From: Pholidichthys leucotaenia
Taxonomy: Eukaryota
Direction of reading: 5' to 3'
DNA length: 64,000 bases
NCBI GenBank assembly: GCA_020510985.1
Contig: CM035843.1
Location: 157,059,922 to 157,123,921, forward strand
Under the pieces are notes generated by a model. It was not told where the DNA came from. It did no database searches and was given only the letters and a program-made list of their open reading frames with translations. How positions within the stretch are numbered: the stretch's first letter is position 1; every line of letters begins with the position of its first letter. Shown here piece after piece: positions 33,246 through 46,541 of this stretch. The position numbers and the translations under genes are program-made.

Positions 33246-33310
33246 CTTGGCTGTATCATGCTTTTTCTGCATATGACTGATGTGAGAGTGTTAATAAACT
33301 TCGTCTGCTA
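33246..33310. repeat. ~65-bp fragment related to the LTR of element A.
   Basis: TGCTTTTTCTGCATATGACTGATGTGAGAGTG compared with 24378..24410. Confidence 0.4.
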
Positions 33311-33895
33311 ATGTTTTAAAAAGTGATGTGGGAATCGGATCTAAAAGGCAGGAGGTCAAGTTTACGTGGGAGAAAACTCTACCAAGCATCTTAGCATCAA
33401 CCAGGGCAAAACAGTCCAGCATTTCCTCAGCTTAAGGTGAGTCCAAGATTCCATTAAAAGCAGTCTTCTGGTCAGATAAAATGTTGGATCTAATAGAATC
33501 AACCTTGCACCTGAAGTGGTCTACAAAACTCTCACAGAGAGAGTCGGATGGAAGGTTTGTGTTTTTATTAAAATCTGGTGCGGCGGATGATAAAATAAGG
33601 CAGCGATGAGAGGTTTTAAATAGCGTTTATTATCATACCGCCGTCACTGGGCTCGCTCCATGAGCGAGCCCTCGGGCTCTCCAGCAAAGTGTGCAGATAA
33701 GCTGTAGCAGAGAATGAAAGTGAGAGAAAGTCAGCATGGTTACAATGCAGCATATATACCCAACTACAACAATACATCAAAGCATTCACAGCAGTTGGTC
33801 TGATCAAAGAGATAACAGAACAGGCATGAGACATTTGCATTTGAGAGACATATTGATCTCAGTCCCTAGGTCACAGTAAGGACAGGATGCATGAA

Positions 33896-35670
33896 TCAGA
33901 ATCAGAATCAGAATCAGGTTTATTGCCATTGTTCATGTAGTACACAAACTAGGAATTTGTCTCGGTACAATGCTGCAACATTAAACATGATAAGATAAGA
34001 GAAATAAACTATACATGTAATAAAGTGTAGGATAAGATTAAATGATACTGGTCAACAGTTAAAATATATATTAGCCAGCAGCAGATACTGTGGAGAACTA
34101 TATAGTGCAGTCGGTAATGCAGGAAGAAAACAGTGATGATTGACATGAGTCTGGTTGAGCTGCTGTACATGGTGCACGAGAGTCACTTAGTGTTCAGCAG
34201 TCTAATGGCAGAGGGGAAGAAGCTGTTCATGTGACGGGAGGTTTTAGTCTGGATGGACCGAAGTCTTCTACCAGAGGGGAGGGGGGCAAACAGTACATGA
34301 CCAGGGTGTGAGGGATCGGCTATGATCCGGCCAGCACGCCTCCGGGTCCTGGAGATGTACAGATCCTGGAGAGATGGGAGCTTGCAGCCGATCACCTTCT
34401 CAGCAGTGCGCACGACGCGCTGCAGCCTTAGTCTGTCCCTGGCAGTGGCTCCTGCGTACCACACGGTTATGGAGGTGGTGAGGATGGACTCGATGATGGC
34501 TGTGTAGAACTGCACTAACATCTTGGTGGGTAGCTTGAGCTTCCTCAGCTGCCGCAGGAAGAACATCCTCTGCTGGGCTTTTTTGATGAGTGAGCTGATG
34601 GTCAGCTCCCATTTGAGGTCCCTGGTGATGGTAGTGCCTAGGAAGCGGAAGGAATCAGCAGTGGTGATGGGAGAGCCTGAGAGGGTGAGGGGGGGCAGAG
34701 GAGTAGTGACTTTCCTGAAGTCTACAATCATCTCCACTGTCTTCAGAGCGTTCAGCTGCAGGTTGTTATTGCTGCACCAGGACGCCAGCTGGGCCACCTC
34801 TCTCCTGTAGGCGGACTCGTCGCCGTTGGAGATGAGCCCGATGAGGGTGGTGTCGTCCGCAAACTTGATCAACTTGACAGACTGGTGGCTGGAGGTGCAG
34901 GAGTTGGTGTAAAGGGAGAAGAGTAGGGGGGAAAGTACACAGCCCTGGGGTGATCCGGTGCTGATGCTAGTATAGTCTGAGACAGTCTTTCCCAGCCGCA
35001 CATGCTGCCTCCGGTCCGTCAGGAAGTCGATGATCCACCTGCAGAGGGAGTCAGGCACGTTGAGCAGGGACAGCTTGTCCCGGAGCAGAGCGGGGCGGAT
35101 GGTGTTGAATGCGGAGCTGAAGTCCACAAACAGGATCCTGGCGTAGGTTCCCGGGGAGTCCAGGTGCTGCAGGATGGAGTGGAGGGCCAGGTTGACTGCA
35201 TCGTCTACAGACCTGTTGGCTCGGTAGGCAAACTGCAGCGGGTCCAGGAGAGGGGTGGTGATGGACTTGAGGTGGGACAGGACCAGGCGCTCAAAGGACT
35301 TCATGACTACAGAGGTGAGCGCTACAGGTCTGTAGTCATTAAGTCCAGTGATCCGTGGCTTCTTGGGGACAGGGATGATGGTGGAGGATTTGAGGCAGGA
35401 CGGCACGTGGCATAACTTAAGGGAGGTGTTAAAAATGTCTGTGAATACAGGAGCCAGCTGTTTCGCACAGAGTCTCAGGGTGGAGGGAGACACGCCGTCT
35501 GGGCCGGGGGCCTTGCGCGGGTTCAGTCTGGAGAACTGTTTGAGCACATCCTGCTCACTGATGATAAGGGGAGGGGGGGAGGTGGGGGGGGGGGTGCCTT
35601 AAATGAAGTAGGGAATGTGGAGGCTGTGGAGCTGGAGGGAGGGGGAGGGGGACATGAATGACATCCACAA
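33896..35670 (-). mobile_element. L2-like LINE (family 3), 5'-truncated, with a (GATTCT)n tail and TSD CATGAA, nested in the LTR of X.
   Basis: CATGAA at 33890..33895 and 35671..35676. The uninterrupted LTR sequence is seen at 37180..37215. Confidence 0.8.
34183..35547 (-). CDS. Family-3 LINE reverse transcriptase (454 aa).
   Basis: [34 protein letters not shown] and the C-terminal PSAIRLLN. Confidence 0.85.
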   Translation of the reverse strand: MLKQFSRLNPRKAPGPDGVSPSTLRLCAKQLAPVFTDIFNTSLKLCHVPSCLKSSTIIPVPKKPRITGLNDYRPVALTSVVMKSFERLVLSHLKSITTPLLDPLQFAYRANRSVDDAVNLALHSILQHLDSPGTYARILFVDFSSAFNTIRPALLRDKLSLLNVPDSLCRWIIDFLTDRRQHVRLGKTVSDYTSISTGSPQGCVLSPLLFSLYTNSCTSSHQSVKLIKFADDTTLIGLISNGDESAYRREVAQLASWCSNNNLQLNALKTVEMIVDFRKVTTPLPPLTLSGSPITTADSFRFLGTTITRDLKWELTISSLIKKAQQRMFFLRQLRKLKLPTKMLVQFYTAIIESILTTSITVWYAGATARDRLRLQRVVRTAEKVIGCKLPSLQDLYISRTRRRAGRIIADPSHPGHVLFAPLPSGRRLRSIQTKTSRHMNSFFPSAIRLLNTK

Positions 35671-38223
35671 CATGAACACAATGCATGGAAGGCAACATTA
35701 ACATCACAGAAGTGAGCCAGACGAAGCGGGGCTGCCTGTAGACATTAATACACATTTCACTGTTCTGTTATTTGCTCTAGCCGAGCGCTGTGTTTGACCA
35801 GTCTGTTTGTGGGGGTTTTCCCAAACCGCCCCAGCTCCCCCCCAGAGGGCTCGGCAGGTGGCCAAGACCTCGATAGTGCAGCTTGGGCAGCGAGCAGGGA
35901 AAAGCTCTGTGCAGGAGGGGGTGGAGGGGGGTGGGGGGTAGTAAAAGCCGGCCGGAGACGATGAAAACGTCCCGGCCGCGCAAAAATTGCTTGTGGGTCC
36001 GCGATGTCGAAGGGCTGTCCCGTTGAACGTGCAGAGGTCCACAAGAAGAAAAATTAGTCACTGGCTCCTCCCGCGATTAAGTCCTGCAAGGATTAATAGC
36101 GGCCGTGAAGAAAAGACGAGGCTGCGTGGCGGCTGTAATGAGAGCAGAGGGACTGGCGTGTTGGCTTTAGGTGCAGGCACAATCTTAAAGCTCTCGGGAA
36201 CCGCAAACTGCTGAATTTCCCTTGTGTGCGCCGTGGCTGAGACCGTTAGAAAATCCAGTGGGCGAGCTGCGTACGTGCTTCAGGTGTGTGAGCAGCCCTG
36301 AAGGTTCTTTGTGCAGCGGCGAAGGACGATGGCGGTCTGAAGAGCTGTATTTGTCCCGTGCATGGTGCGCCGTCCTCGTAACTCCCTGGTGCGTGTGTGG
36401 GGGCTCCGTGTGTGTGTGGGCCAGCTGGAGAGGAGACAGGGTCAGGGAGCTTATTCATCCCTGTTCAGTGTGTTGGAGCAGTGAAGGGAAATAGACGCTC
36501 TGTCACTCGCTCGGTCATGGTGCGTTCAGGTCCAAGTGTGCTCCGTCGGCCATGGGGATCGCCGTCGTGGAGAGGGGACGAGGTGCATGCGCTCTCGTGT
36601 GGAGGAGCTGTGAGCACGGCTGGTCCAGCGTGGATGTGCCGATCTAGGCGTGCAGATCTCACCATGAAACGTTGCTCAGCTTTCCCGGTCGTGGGTGTTC
36701 TCCGGAGAGTTTCGCCTGGAAACTCCGCGTTGAGGTCTCCCTGAAGCAGAAGGGAGGGCAGATCAATCAGGCTGCCGCGTTCGCTTGTCGTCGGAGAATC
36801 ACCGCCGGGTGTTGCATTTGCTGGCAGCGTGCTTGTTTCAGTGTCGGGTCACCAGTGCGGCGGATGATAAAATAAGGCAGCGATGCTGAGGTTTTAAGCA
36901 AGTTTTATTAATCATACTGCCGTCACGAGCTCCTCTCCCGGCGCCGTGCGTGCGCGCCGGGAGCGAGCCCACGGCTCTCAGAGAAGAGGGACACAATGTC
37001 TGTGTCCTGCAGCAGCAGTTGCAGAGTGAGATTGAGAGATTGAACATGAAATTCAGACAGCTTATATACTCAGCTACAACAATACATCAAAGCATTCACA
37101 GCAGTTGGTCTGATCAAAGAGATAACAGAACAGGCATGAGACATTTGCATTTGAGAGACATATTGATCTCAGTCCCTAGGTCACAGTAAGGACAGGATGC
37201 ATGAACACAATGCATGGAAGGCAACATTAACATCACAGAAGTGAGCCAGAAGAAGCGGGCTGCCTGTAGACATTAATACACATTTCACTGTTCTGTTATT
37301 TGCTCTAGCCGAGCGCTGTGTTTGACCAGTCTGTTTGTGGGGGTTTTCCCAAACCGCCACATCTGGGTTGATTAAATGATCAAAGGTTGCAAAAAGGACT
37401 TTAGGGTTATTGTTATGGGTTGAGATTATGTTGGCAAAATACTCAGTTCTCGATGCCTTGACTGCATTATTGTATATTTTTAATTATTCTGTAGTACTTG
37501 ATAATTGATAGTTAATTTGTTTTTCCTCCATTTCCTCTCACCCATCCTGCACTCTCTTTTCAGTTTTTGGATTTGGTTATTTCTCCATAGAGGCTTTGGT
37601 TTATTCCTAACTGTCCTTGTAACTATTGGGGCAACTCTGTCAATGGTTGATCTTAATTTACTATTAAAATTATCAACAATAAAATCACATGATTTTACAA
37701 AAATCACATGATGCAGATGAAATAACTGGGGGAGTGTTGTGTAAGAGCTTGATAAAATCAGCAGCCACTTCAGGTGTCAGATGGCGCTTTCTCACAGTTC
37801 GCACCGAGGTCTCCCGCTGCATAAAACCAGTGATGTTAAAAAACACATAGTAATGGTCAGATACAGCCAAGTCAACAACAGAGGACACACTCGTGGGCAG
37901 GCCATGGCTAATGACAAGATCCAGAGTGCGTCCCCTGTTGTGAGTCGGCTGTATGACATGTTGAATAAAATTCATGGACGTGAGCAGGTCATTAAAATCT
38001 TCTGACATATGGTCACCCTGCTTATCAGTGTGTAGATTAAAATCATCGGAAATGAGAATAAAATTATATGAGGAGTGGATTATTGATAAAAACTCAGAGA
38101 ACTCATTAATAAAAACAGGGCAGTATTTGGGTGGTCTGCAAACTGTGACGCATAAAATTGTGGGGCTGCTAAAGACAAAAGCGTGGTGCTCAAATGCAGT
38201 ATATTGATCAGGTAGAATTTGCT

Positions 38224-38598
38224 TTACTGCAAGTGAGAAAGAAAAAATAGAGGCAGTACCCCACCCTTCTTGCCCTTTCTTATGGAAAAAACTGAACTAA
38301 AATTTGGTGGGGAGGCCTCAGTGAGAACCGCTGAGGCATCTGTGACAAGCCACATCTCTGTTAAAAATAAACAGTCAATCTTATTATCTAAAGTCAGGTC
38401 ATTGATGATAAAAGTCTTGTTAGCGAGTGACCGTATATTTAAAAGAGCCATATTTAGGGTAGGTGGTGAGTTATTTATGGGTGGGTAATTTGTCTTCTGT
38501 GGAATATTGTTTGGAGACTGATCCACAGAACGTAGGCAGCATGGGCATGAGTTCTTGTGAACTGTATGTTTTATGGATGGAGGTCTGTCCGTGATCAA
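38224..38598 (-). pseudogene. Family-6 LINE APE endonuclease N-terminal part.
   Basis: LNIRSLANKTFIINDLTLDNKIDCLFLTEMWL. Confidence 0.7.
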
Positions 38599-39146
38599 TG
38601 TCCTAATGAGGAAGGTGGGCAGTGAATGAATTTCCAGACCAGATGGTGGAGGCTGACAAAAACGGGACTGGTGCTGGGTAGTCTTACTGGGGGTCAGAGA
38701 TGTGAGTGGATCTGGAGGGGAGGAGTCGTGGGATGTAAACAGTCAACTGCACGTTGTGGTTTGAATATTATGCATCGGGTTTGCTGCTAAAAGCCGGCTA
38801 CCTGATGCATTTAAATGTATGCCATCAGATTTATAGAGAGTGTGGCGACCCCAGAACAAGTTAAAATTGTCAGTAAAATTAATGTTAATGTTGTTGCTGC
38901 TGCAGACAGACTTGAGTCAAGTTGGGAGGACAAGAACACAGCTAAAACAGTCTGATCCACGGCGCAGTGTGGGAATGGGGCCAGAAATTAAAACAGACTT
39001 TCCGCTGTTTGACAAAATATTAAAAAGTTTGCAGAAGTTATTTTTAGTGATTTCAGACTGTCTGCGGGTGGTGTTGTTAGTCCCTACGTGAATTATAATC
39101 CATGTGGTGGAGGAGGGTTGTGACTGCAGCAGATCCGGGAGCTTTT

Positions 39147-39738
39147 CTAACAGGTCGGGGACAGTAGCTCCTGGGAAACAGTGAGTGATAGCGTTAAAAT
39201 ACCTATGATGGAGTCACCAACGATCATTGTGGTTGGAGGAAAAAGCGAGCGGAATGTTGGTGGTTGCAGGGTCCCTTGGCGAGAGTCAGTGTGGTGAGGT
39301 GGCGGCAGAGTGGGGGTCCCGTCGTTGGGGCAGGTAGGGCCCCTTACCTCACCAGCCGACGAGCAGGGCAGCGAAACAGCGCCAGAACCTGAGGAGGGAT
39401 TCCCCAACTCTTCCGTGCCTTGTGGCTTCCTGTCGGGCACAGGACTCTCCAGAATGGGGCTGGAGCCGCTGTGGCTCAGCTGGGGCCATGCCAGCCGCGC
39501 CACTGCTGTCAGCCCTCAGAAGAGGAAAGGCCACCGGGTCTTCCAACGAAGGGACGGGTGCAACGTTAGCGGGGGCTGCAGGCCGAGCGGAGCCCGGGCG
39601 AACTGGAAACGGTGAAGCTGGAGCATCGGTGGAAGGTGGGTCATCAGCCATTGCCAGAGCCTCATAGCGATTGGAGACGGGCAGAGGAGGCCTGGTGGTT
39701 GATGTGTCTGAGGCCCTTTTCCTGCTCCGGACCATCAC
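39147..39738 (-). pseudogene. Family-6 LINE ORF1, esterase-type, frameshifted.
   Basis: IVGDSIIG GDS block and an N-terminal region similar to copy a and copy b ORF1. Confidence 0.55.
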
Positions 39739-39772
39739 CTCAGACCTAGAAGGTCACAGGATTGATCTCACC

Positions 39773-39965
39773 CCCTGATCATTAGTGACCCCTCTGTGGG
39801 GAGTTTGCATGTTCTTCTACTCCGGTTTCCTCCCACAGGCCAAAAACATGCAGGTGAGGTTAACTGGAGACTCTAAAGTGGCCCTAGATGTGAATGTGTG
39901 TGTGACTTGTGAAGGGATTGGCTGCCTCATCCATTCAGGTGGATGCCCTGTAAATTTAAAAATAA
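39773..39965 (+). mobile_element. 5'-truncated fragment of a tRNA-derived fish SINE (central domain and tail).
   Basis: GGAGTTTGCATGTTCT ... CCGGTTTCCTCCCACAGGCCAAAAACATGCAGGTGAGGTTAACTGGAGACTCTAAAGTGGCC, similar to the central domain of the SINE at 61674..61983. Confidence 0.6.
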
Positions 39966-40059
39966 AAAATTAAGTATTTGTCTGAGTTAGCTTGTTCTTC
40001 CTGTAAATCTGACCCATGCCATCAAACTTATGATCCCAAATTATCTCCCGTTAACCTGC

Positions 40060-40690
40060 CATTCCAAATCAAATCAACTCAAATCAACCTTTATTGTCAT
40101 ATTGCTGTACATACAACTGTAGTGCAGGCAAGATGAAATTGTGTTTCTCTCGGCATCCATATAAGTAAAAGAACATAATTTAAGACACACTCACACACAC
40201 CCTCACCCTCACCCCCACCCCACCACATCCATTCACACATCCCTGAGACATACTTGAAAAACTAACCAGAACTATAATATACATAATGTCCGTAGGTGCA
40301 GTAGTATGTATGAGAGATTCCGTATCAACTGTTCAGCATCCTAACAGCTTGTGGAAGGAAGCTGTTAATCAGTCTGGTGGTTCTGCTCCGGAATCGTTTG
40401 CCAGATGGCAGGAGTTCAAAGTGTTTATGTAGAGGGTGAGAACAGTCCTTGACAATGTTCAGTGCCCTGCTCCTGCAACGGTTCTGAAAAAGTTCTTGGA
40501 CAGAGGGGAGGGAGACTCCAATTACCCTCTCAGCTCCCTTAACTATCCTCTGCAGGGCTTTTTTGTCTGACATACTGCAGCTGGAGTACCATGTAGCAAT
40601 GCAGTACGTCAGAACACTCTCCACCACACCTCTGTAGAAGGTCCTGAGGATGCAAATGGGGAGAGAGGTCTGTTTGAGTTTCCTCAAGAA
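40060..40690 (-). mobile_element. 3' fragment of an L2-like LINE (RT C-terminus plus tail).
   Basis: ORF 40325..40687 contains the conserved C-terminal RT region. A (CAAAT)-type tail lies near 40060..40100. Confidence 0.6.
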
Positions 40691-41310
40691 GTGCAGTTCC
40701 CATTCAAAAACAATTCAAAAGTTTCTGACTATTTTTTCCATAAATCTGAAACTTTTTTCTTAAAAGTTTGCAACTTTTTTCCTCATAAATCTGCAACTCT
40801 TTTCTCAAAAATGTGTTATTTTCTGTTGTAAATTTTTCTTAAAAGTTTGTAATTTTTTCTTATAAATTTGCAACTTTTTTCTGTACATTTTCAACTTTTT
40901 CTCATAGATTTCCAGCTTTTTTCTTAAAAGTTGGTGACTTTTTTCCTCATAGATTTGCAACTTTTTAAAAAAAAATGTGATTTTTTTTCTCATAAATTTG
41001 CACATTTTTCATGTAAATTTGCAACTTTTCCCTGAAAAGTTGAATCTTTTTTCCCTCATAAATTTGTGATTTTTTTCCTCATAAATATAGTTTTTTAACT
41101 CAAAAATTTTGATTTTTTTTCCGTGTCCATTTTAATTTTTTTTTCTCATATGTGTAACGTTTCTCTTATAAATTTGTGACCTTTTTCCTGTAAATTTTTA
41201 ACTTTTTTTCATATTTGCAACTTTTTCATTAAAGTTTGTAGTAGCTTTTTTCTCGTAAATTTGTAACATTTTTCTTAAAACATGATAACTTTTTCTTATA
41301 AATTGGCATT
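40690..41310. repeat. Satellite S: AT-rich array of ~20-23-bp units (TTTTCTCATAAATTTGCAAC-type).
   Basis: Visible tandem periodicity. The same array recurs at 53196..53600 (same orientation) and at 55480..55711 and 56304..56830 (opposite orientation). Confidence 0.75.
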
Positions 41311-41919
41311 TTTTGACATGGTACAGACCCAAGAAGCAGACATAACTCAGGTAGCACAAGTAACCTTTTATTAATAATAGTGTGAATGTGTGGATGCGTG
41401 TGTGAATGTCTGTAGTGAGTGTAGTGCGTGGTTGAATCAGCTTGGGGCGAGCAAAGCACCGTACAACCTGGCAACCCTAGGGACAGAGCAGAGAGATAGT
41501 TTAGAGTTATCTTGACAGGAGAAGTGCCAGATAGAACTGTCCTTACTTTCTGCTGAGTTGGAGAAGCACACAGGTTGGCACATCGGCCCAGGCCAGGAGG
41601 ACAGTGCCAGTCGCCCCGTTGGAGATGTAGCAGGCAGGTGAACGAGGCAAGGGAGTCCGCCACCAGGTGGAAGGGAGTCCGCCACCGGGAGGACACTGCC
41701 TGTGCACAGGGGTAGAAGATGGGTGAGAGGAAAGGTTCAGGCTTACTTGGCTGCCGGATGGTTTGGAGACCCTTGGCGAGCAGAAGACCGTGCTTGGCTG
41801 TCATTGGTATCATTGGATGGGATCTGGGATCGTCACTTCCTTGTGGTAATGTATCGTCACTTCCTGTTTTGCTGTCTGCCTGTGTGGTTTGCTCTCCAGC
41901 CACTGGCTAGCCACTAGCT

Positions 41920-42798
41920 ATGGCTACTACCTCTCTTTCCTCTCCTCTGGTGTGCTCTCTCTGTCAGATGTTTAGCTACACCTCTGCCTCTTTTAGTGAT
42001 AACGGTAAATGTAATAAATGTTGTCTTTTTGAGGCGCTCGAGGCGAGGTTGTCTGATTTGGAATCTCGGCTCCGCTGCATTGAAACACCGTCTGCGCCAG
42101 TTAATCTCGACGGACGCCCCTTAGCTGCAGCGGAGCTAGCTAGCTTAGGCCCCCCTGTCAGCGGTCCCCCGGCTCTCCTCTGCAGCGAGGAGACTGGGTG
42201 GGTGACGGTGAGAAGGAAGCCTAGTCGCAAAGTCCCAGTACACCACCAACCTGTTCACGTTTCTAATTGTTTTTCCCCACTCAGCGACACACCCGCTGAG
42301 GAAAAAACTCTCATCATTGGCGACTCTGTAGTCAGAAACGTGAACCTAGAGACTCCAGCGGCCATAGTCAAATGCATTCCTGGGGCCAGAGCAGGCGACA
42401 TCGAGTCAAATTTGAAAATGCTGGCTAAAAGTAACTGTAAATATTCCACAATTGTTATTCACGCCGGCATTAATGACATCTGTTTCTGGCAGTCGGAAGT
42501 CACGAAACTTAATATAGAATCTGTGTGTGACTTTGCAAAAACGATGTCTGCCACTGTAGTATTCTCTGGGCCCCTCCCCAATCTGACCAGTGATGACATG
42601 TTTAGCCGCTAGTCATCCTTGAACCGCTGGCTGTCTGTGTGGTGTCCTAAAAATGACGTGGGCTACATTGACAATTGGAGCTCTTTTTGGGGAAAACCTG
42701 GTCTTATGAGACGAGACAGCATTCATCCCACTTTGGATGGTGCTTCTCATTTATCTAACAATCTGGCATCTTTTTTATCCAAATTTCCAAAACCCTGA
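41920..42798 (+). pseudogene. LINE copy b ORF1, SGNH/GDSL-esterase-like, with one internal stop or frameshift near 42612.
   Basis: [20 protein letters not shown] and RDSIHPT motifs. Confidence 0.7.
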
Positions 42799-43020
42799 CT
42801 ACTCAGAGTTGGGACCAGGAAGCAGAGTCGCAGTCTTACACGCCTCTCTGCAGCTCCTCTTCATCCGCCACCCCTCAACTTAGCCCCTGTCTTCCCCATC
42901 AGAGAATCGTTGTCTGCTCCCTCCAAAGTAAATAAAAATATAATGCATAAGCATCCCAAAGTGATAAAGCAAAATATTGGTAAAACTCAAATTAAACATA
43001 AAGCCTCTAAATTGAATTAA

Positions 43021-43887
43021 TTGGCCTCTGTTCCTCCTCATAATTTAAAAATTAAATGTGGTTTATTAAATATTAGGTCTCTAACTCCCAAGTCTCTGTT
43101 AGTCCATGATCTGTTAATTGATCATCAGATTGATTTAATTTCCCTTACAGAGACTTGGTTAGGGCAAGAGGATTATGTTGGTTTAAATGAATCAACTCCC
43201 TCTGGTTATTTAAACTGTCAAAATCCCAGAAGTTCTGGTCGTGGAGGAGGAGTAGCAACAATTTACCATTCCAAATTACTAGTTAATGTAAAGCAAAAAA
43301 CATGCTATAATTCCTTTGAGGCCCTGGTCCTCAGTATTGGGCACTTTAGCAATTTTAGGTTAAACCCAATTTTATTTGCCATAGTTTATCGTCCTCCATC
43401 AACCTACTCAGAATTTTTATCCGAATTTCCTGATTTCTTAGCTGATTTAGTGCTGAAATCTGATAGAATAATTATAGTAGGGGACTTTAATATACATGAG
43501 GATGTAGATAGTGACTGCCTTAATGTGGCATTTAATTCAATATTAGACTCGATTGGGTTTTCTCAGAAAGTAGGAAATTCTACTCATTACCTCCACCATA
43601 CATTGGACCTTGTTCTGACATATGGCATAGAAATAGAAAATCTTGTAGTGTCTCCTCATAACCCTGTACTGTCAGACCATTGTCTGTTAACCTTTGATTT
43701 TACTATTTCTGACTATTTGGCTGCTAAAGAAAAATATTATTACAGTAGATGCCTCTCAGATGATGCTGTTACCAAATTTATGCTGATTGTTTCCTCTATG
43801 CCATGTGTCAACACAACGGAAATAAGCTATAGACAGCTTGCTCCTTCTGTAATTGATAACATGGTGGATAGTGTTTCAGCTTCTCTG
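43021..43887 (+). CDS. LINE copy b ORF2 APE endonuclease domain.
   Basis: [32 protein letters not shown]. The ORF is broken at 43888 by the solo-LTR insertion. Confidence 0.8.
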
Positions 43888-44506
43888 TGTCACACGTGGC
43901 TCTAGGGAGCCACGCAATAAGAGAGCCAAGGGCGAGCCAGTGAGTTGTGATGTTTATTAGTGACAGGGGTAAGGGATGAGGAAAGCACAGATGCTCATAC
44001 ACGGTAACACTCATGGGCAGCTCAGCAACAGAGTTAACAGTTTGCACCGGCGAAGGGGTAACAGTATGAAAACTCACAGCAGGTAATGCTCACGGGTTAA
44101 GCAGCCAGAGAGCTGGCACGGGCATAGGACTCCAATGCACAGGCACTCTACAAGGTGAAGCTCCCAAGTGATTCGGTCAGACGAGTAGAGAGCTAGCACC
44201 GGACATGGGAGTACAGAGACACAAATACTCCTTACAGGAAAACACTTACGAGTAATGCTGGGTGAAGAGACAAGGGCTGGAACCGGACGAAGGGACTCCA
44301 GCCTAACAGCGCTTATGTCGCAGCCCAGAGTGATCAAGGCTGCTCCTCTTTATACTCATTAGCAGCGCCCCAGCTGATGAGGATTAATTGGCCCCAGCCG
44401 TCCCGTGATACTGACAGCTGGGAGCAGCTGAGACGCTGCCTAATGAGAGGCAGGGATAAGGAGACATGGGCTGAGCGCCGAGACGGCGTCTCATCCCATG
44501 GTGACA
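43888..44506. mobile_element. Solo-LTR-like insertion (619 bp, TG...CA, 5-bp TSD CTCTG) within LINE copy b ORF2.
   Basis: TGTCACACGTGG ... CCATGGTGACA termini. CTCTG at 43883..43887 and 44507..44511. The unoccupied site is inferred from copy a (ASLHQ = GCTTCTCTGCATCAG). Confidence 0.65.
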
Positions 44507-44792
44507 CTCTGCATCAGACTCTAGACATGGTGGCCCCCTTAAAAAAGAAAAAGTCTAATCAGACATTTCTAACTCCTTGGTTCAACACAGAAACTCGTAG
44601 CTTAAAACAGAAGACTCGTCAATTAGAAAGAAAATGGCACTCCACTAATTTAGATGAAATCTATTTAGCTTGGAGAAATCATCTTTTAATTTATAAAAAA
44701 AATCTCTTAGAAAAGCTAGAACGAGTTATTACTCTGCATTAATAGAAGAGAACAAGAATAATCCCAGGTTTCTTTTCAGTACTGTAGCCAGG

Positions 44793-46541
44793 TTGACAAA
44801 GAGTCAGGACTCTGTCAATCCTAGCATTCCCTTAGAGCTTACTAGTCAGGACTTTATGAACTTTTTCAATAATAAAATTTCATCCATCAGAGATAAAATC
44901 AATCAGATTCTTCCCACAGTTAACTTAAATACTGTAACTACTACAACTCCTTCTATTGATGTCTGTCTTGATGAGTTTACTCCAATCGACCTTTGTGAGT
45001 TAGACAAAATAGTTTCCTCATCCAAGCCTTCAACTTGTCTTTTAGACCCTATTCCTACCAGGTTATTTAAAGAAGTCTTCCCACTTATTGGTAGCCTTAT
45101 TCTTCATATAATCAATTCTTCATTAACTTTAGGCCATGTACCGCAGGCTTTTAAAACGGCTGTAATTAAACCCTTACTCAAAAAGCCAACGCTAGATCCA
45201 GGAGCTTTAGCTAACTATAGACCAATCTCTAATCTCCCTTTCATTTCAAAAATCTTAGAAAGAGTTGTTGCTACGCAATTATTTGACCACCTGCAGGGAA
45301 ATGGTTTACTTGAAGAGTTTCAATCTGGGTTTAGAATCCATCATAGTACTGAAACAACCTTAGCGAAGGTCACTAACGACCTCCTCATTGCATCTGATAA
45401 TGGACTGGTTTCTGTACTTGTCCTTTTAGACCTTAGCGCAGCTTTTGATACTATCGATCATAATATTCTACTTGATAGATTAGAACACTATGTTGGACTT
45501 AATAGAACTTCGTTGCAGTGGTTTAGATCTTATTTATCTGATAGGTTCCAGTTTGTTCATGTAAATAATGAGTTTTCTTTCAACTCAAAGCTTAGTCATG
45601 GAGTTCCACAGGGATCTGTGCTAGGCCCTACTCTTTTTAGTTTATATATGCTTCCGTTAGGCAACATTATTAGAAAGCACTGTATACATTTTCATTGTTA
45701 TGCTGATGACACACAATTATACCTGTCAATGAAGCCAGATGATAGTAATCAATTAGCCAAGTTAGAAGCCTGTCTTAAGGAAATCAAAGCTTGGATGACT
45801 TGTAATTTCCTGCTATTAAATTCAGATAAGACTGAAGTCATTCTTGTTGGTCCAAAAAACCTTAGAAATTCCTTTCCAAATCAAACTTTCAGTTTGGATG
45901 CGGTTACTCTTTCTCTTAATAGCTCTGTGAGGAACCTTGGAGTTATTTTTGATCAGGATTTGTCCTTCAATTCACATATTAAATTTGTTTCTAAGACTGC
46001 CTTCTATCATTTGCGTAATATTGCCAAGATGAGGAGCATCTTGTCTCAGAGTGATGCTGAGAAACTGATCCACGCTTTTGTTAGCTCGAGATTAGATTAT
46101 TGTAATTCTTTATTATCAGGTTGTCCTAAAACATCTTTAAAAAGTCTTCAGCTGATCCAAAATGCTGCAGCAAGAGTTTTAACAGGTACTAGAAAGAGAG
46201 ATCATATCTCTCCGGTTCTGGCCTCCCTTCATTGGCTTCCCATAGAGTTTAGAATTAAGTTTAAAATCCTTCTTCTTACTTACAAAGCTCTAAACAATCA
46301 GGCTCCTTTTTATTTAAAACATCTGATACTACCGTATTATCCTAACAGAGCACTACACTCCCAAAATGCAGGATTACTTGTAATACCTAGAATCTCCAAA
46401 AGTACAATGGGAGGCAGAGCCTTCTGTTATCAAGCTCCTCTCCTGTGGAATCAGCTGCCAATCTGGATTCGGGAGTCAGACTCGATCTCTGTTTTTAAGA
46501 ATAGGGCTAAAACCTACCTTTTTGATATAGCCTACAATTAG
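44793..46541 (+). CDS. LINE copy b ORF2 reverse transcriptase (582 aa, apparently intact).
   Basis: All RT blocks are present: [40 protein letters not shown] and YADDTQLY. Confidence 0.85.
   Translation: MTKSQDSVNPSIPLELTSQDFMNFFNNKISSIRDKINQILPTVNLNTVTTTTPSIDVCLDEFTPIDLCELDKIVSSSKPSTCLLDPIPTRLFKEVFPLIGSLILHIINSSLTLGHVPQAFKTAVIKPLLKKPTLDPGALANYRPISNLPFISKILERVVATQLFDHLQGNGLLEEFQSGFRIHHSTETTLAKVTNDLLIASDNGLVSVLVLLDLSAAFDTIDHNILLDRLEHYVGLNRTSLQWFRSYLSDRFQFVHVNNEFSFNSKLSHGVPQGSVLGPTLFSLYMLPLGNIIRKHCIHFHCYADDTQLYLSMKPDDSNQLAKLEACLKEIKAWMTCNFLLLNSDKTEVILVGPKNLRNSFPNQTFSLDAVTLSLNSSVRNLGVIFDQDLSFNSHIKFVSKTAFYHLRNIAKMRSILSQSDAEKLIHAFVSSRLDYCNSLLSGCPKTSLKSLQLIQNAAARVLTGTRKRDHISPVLASLHWLPIEFRIKFKILLLTYKALNNQAPFYLKHLILPYYPNRALHSQNAGLLVIPRISKSTMGGRAFCYQAPLLWNQLPIWIRESDSISVFKNRAKTYLFDIAYN

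Larger units (their letters stand above)
33579..37361 (-). mobile_element. Non-autonomous LTR element X with ~500-bp LTRs (TG...CA), PBS CTGGTGACC, a 5-bp TSD TCTGG and no ORFs. Its LTR at 33579..35832 is split by an L2 insertion.
   Basis: LTR copies at 33579..33889 plus 35677..35832 and at 36856..37361. TCTGG at 33574..33578 and 37362..37366. On the minus strand CTGGTGACCCGACAC follows the 5' LTR, and GGGGGGGAG precedes the 3' LTR. Confidence 0.65.
33311..39760 (-). mobile_element. L2-like LINE (family 6, esterase-type ORF1) whose ORF2 is split by the nested LTR element X. Its 3' part is missing beyond about 33311.
   Basis: ORF1-like ORFs at 39147..39738, EN-region ORFs at 37480..38598, and RT N-terminal blocks ([26 protein letters not shown]) readable at 33311..33578. 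Confidence 0.65.

Noticed and set aside
40690-41310. Regularly spaced ~20-bp repeats that might superficially resemble a CRISPR array.
   Set aside because: The context is eukaryotic. The units are degenerate and AT-rich with no spacer/repeat alternation or cas genes. It is a satellite.
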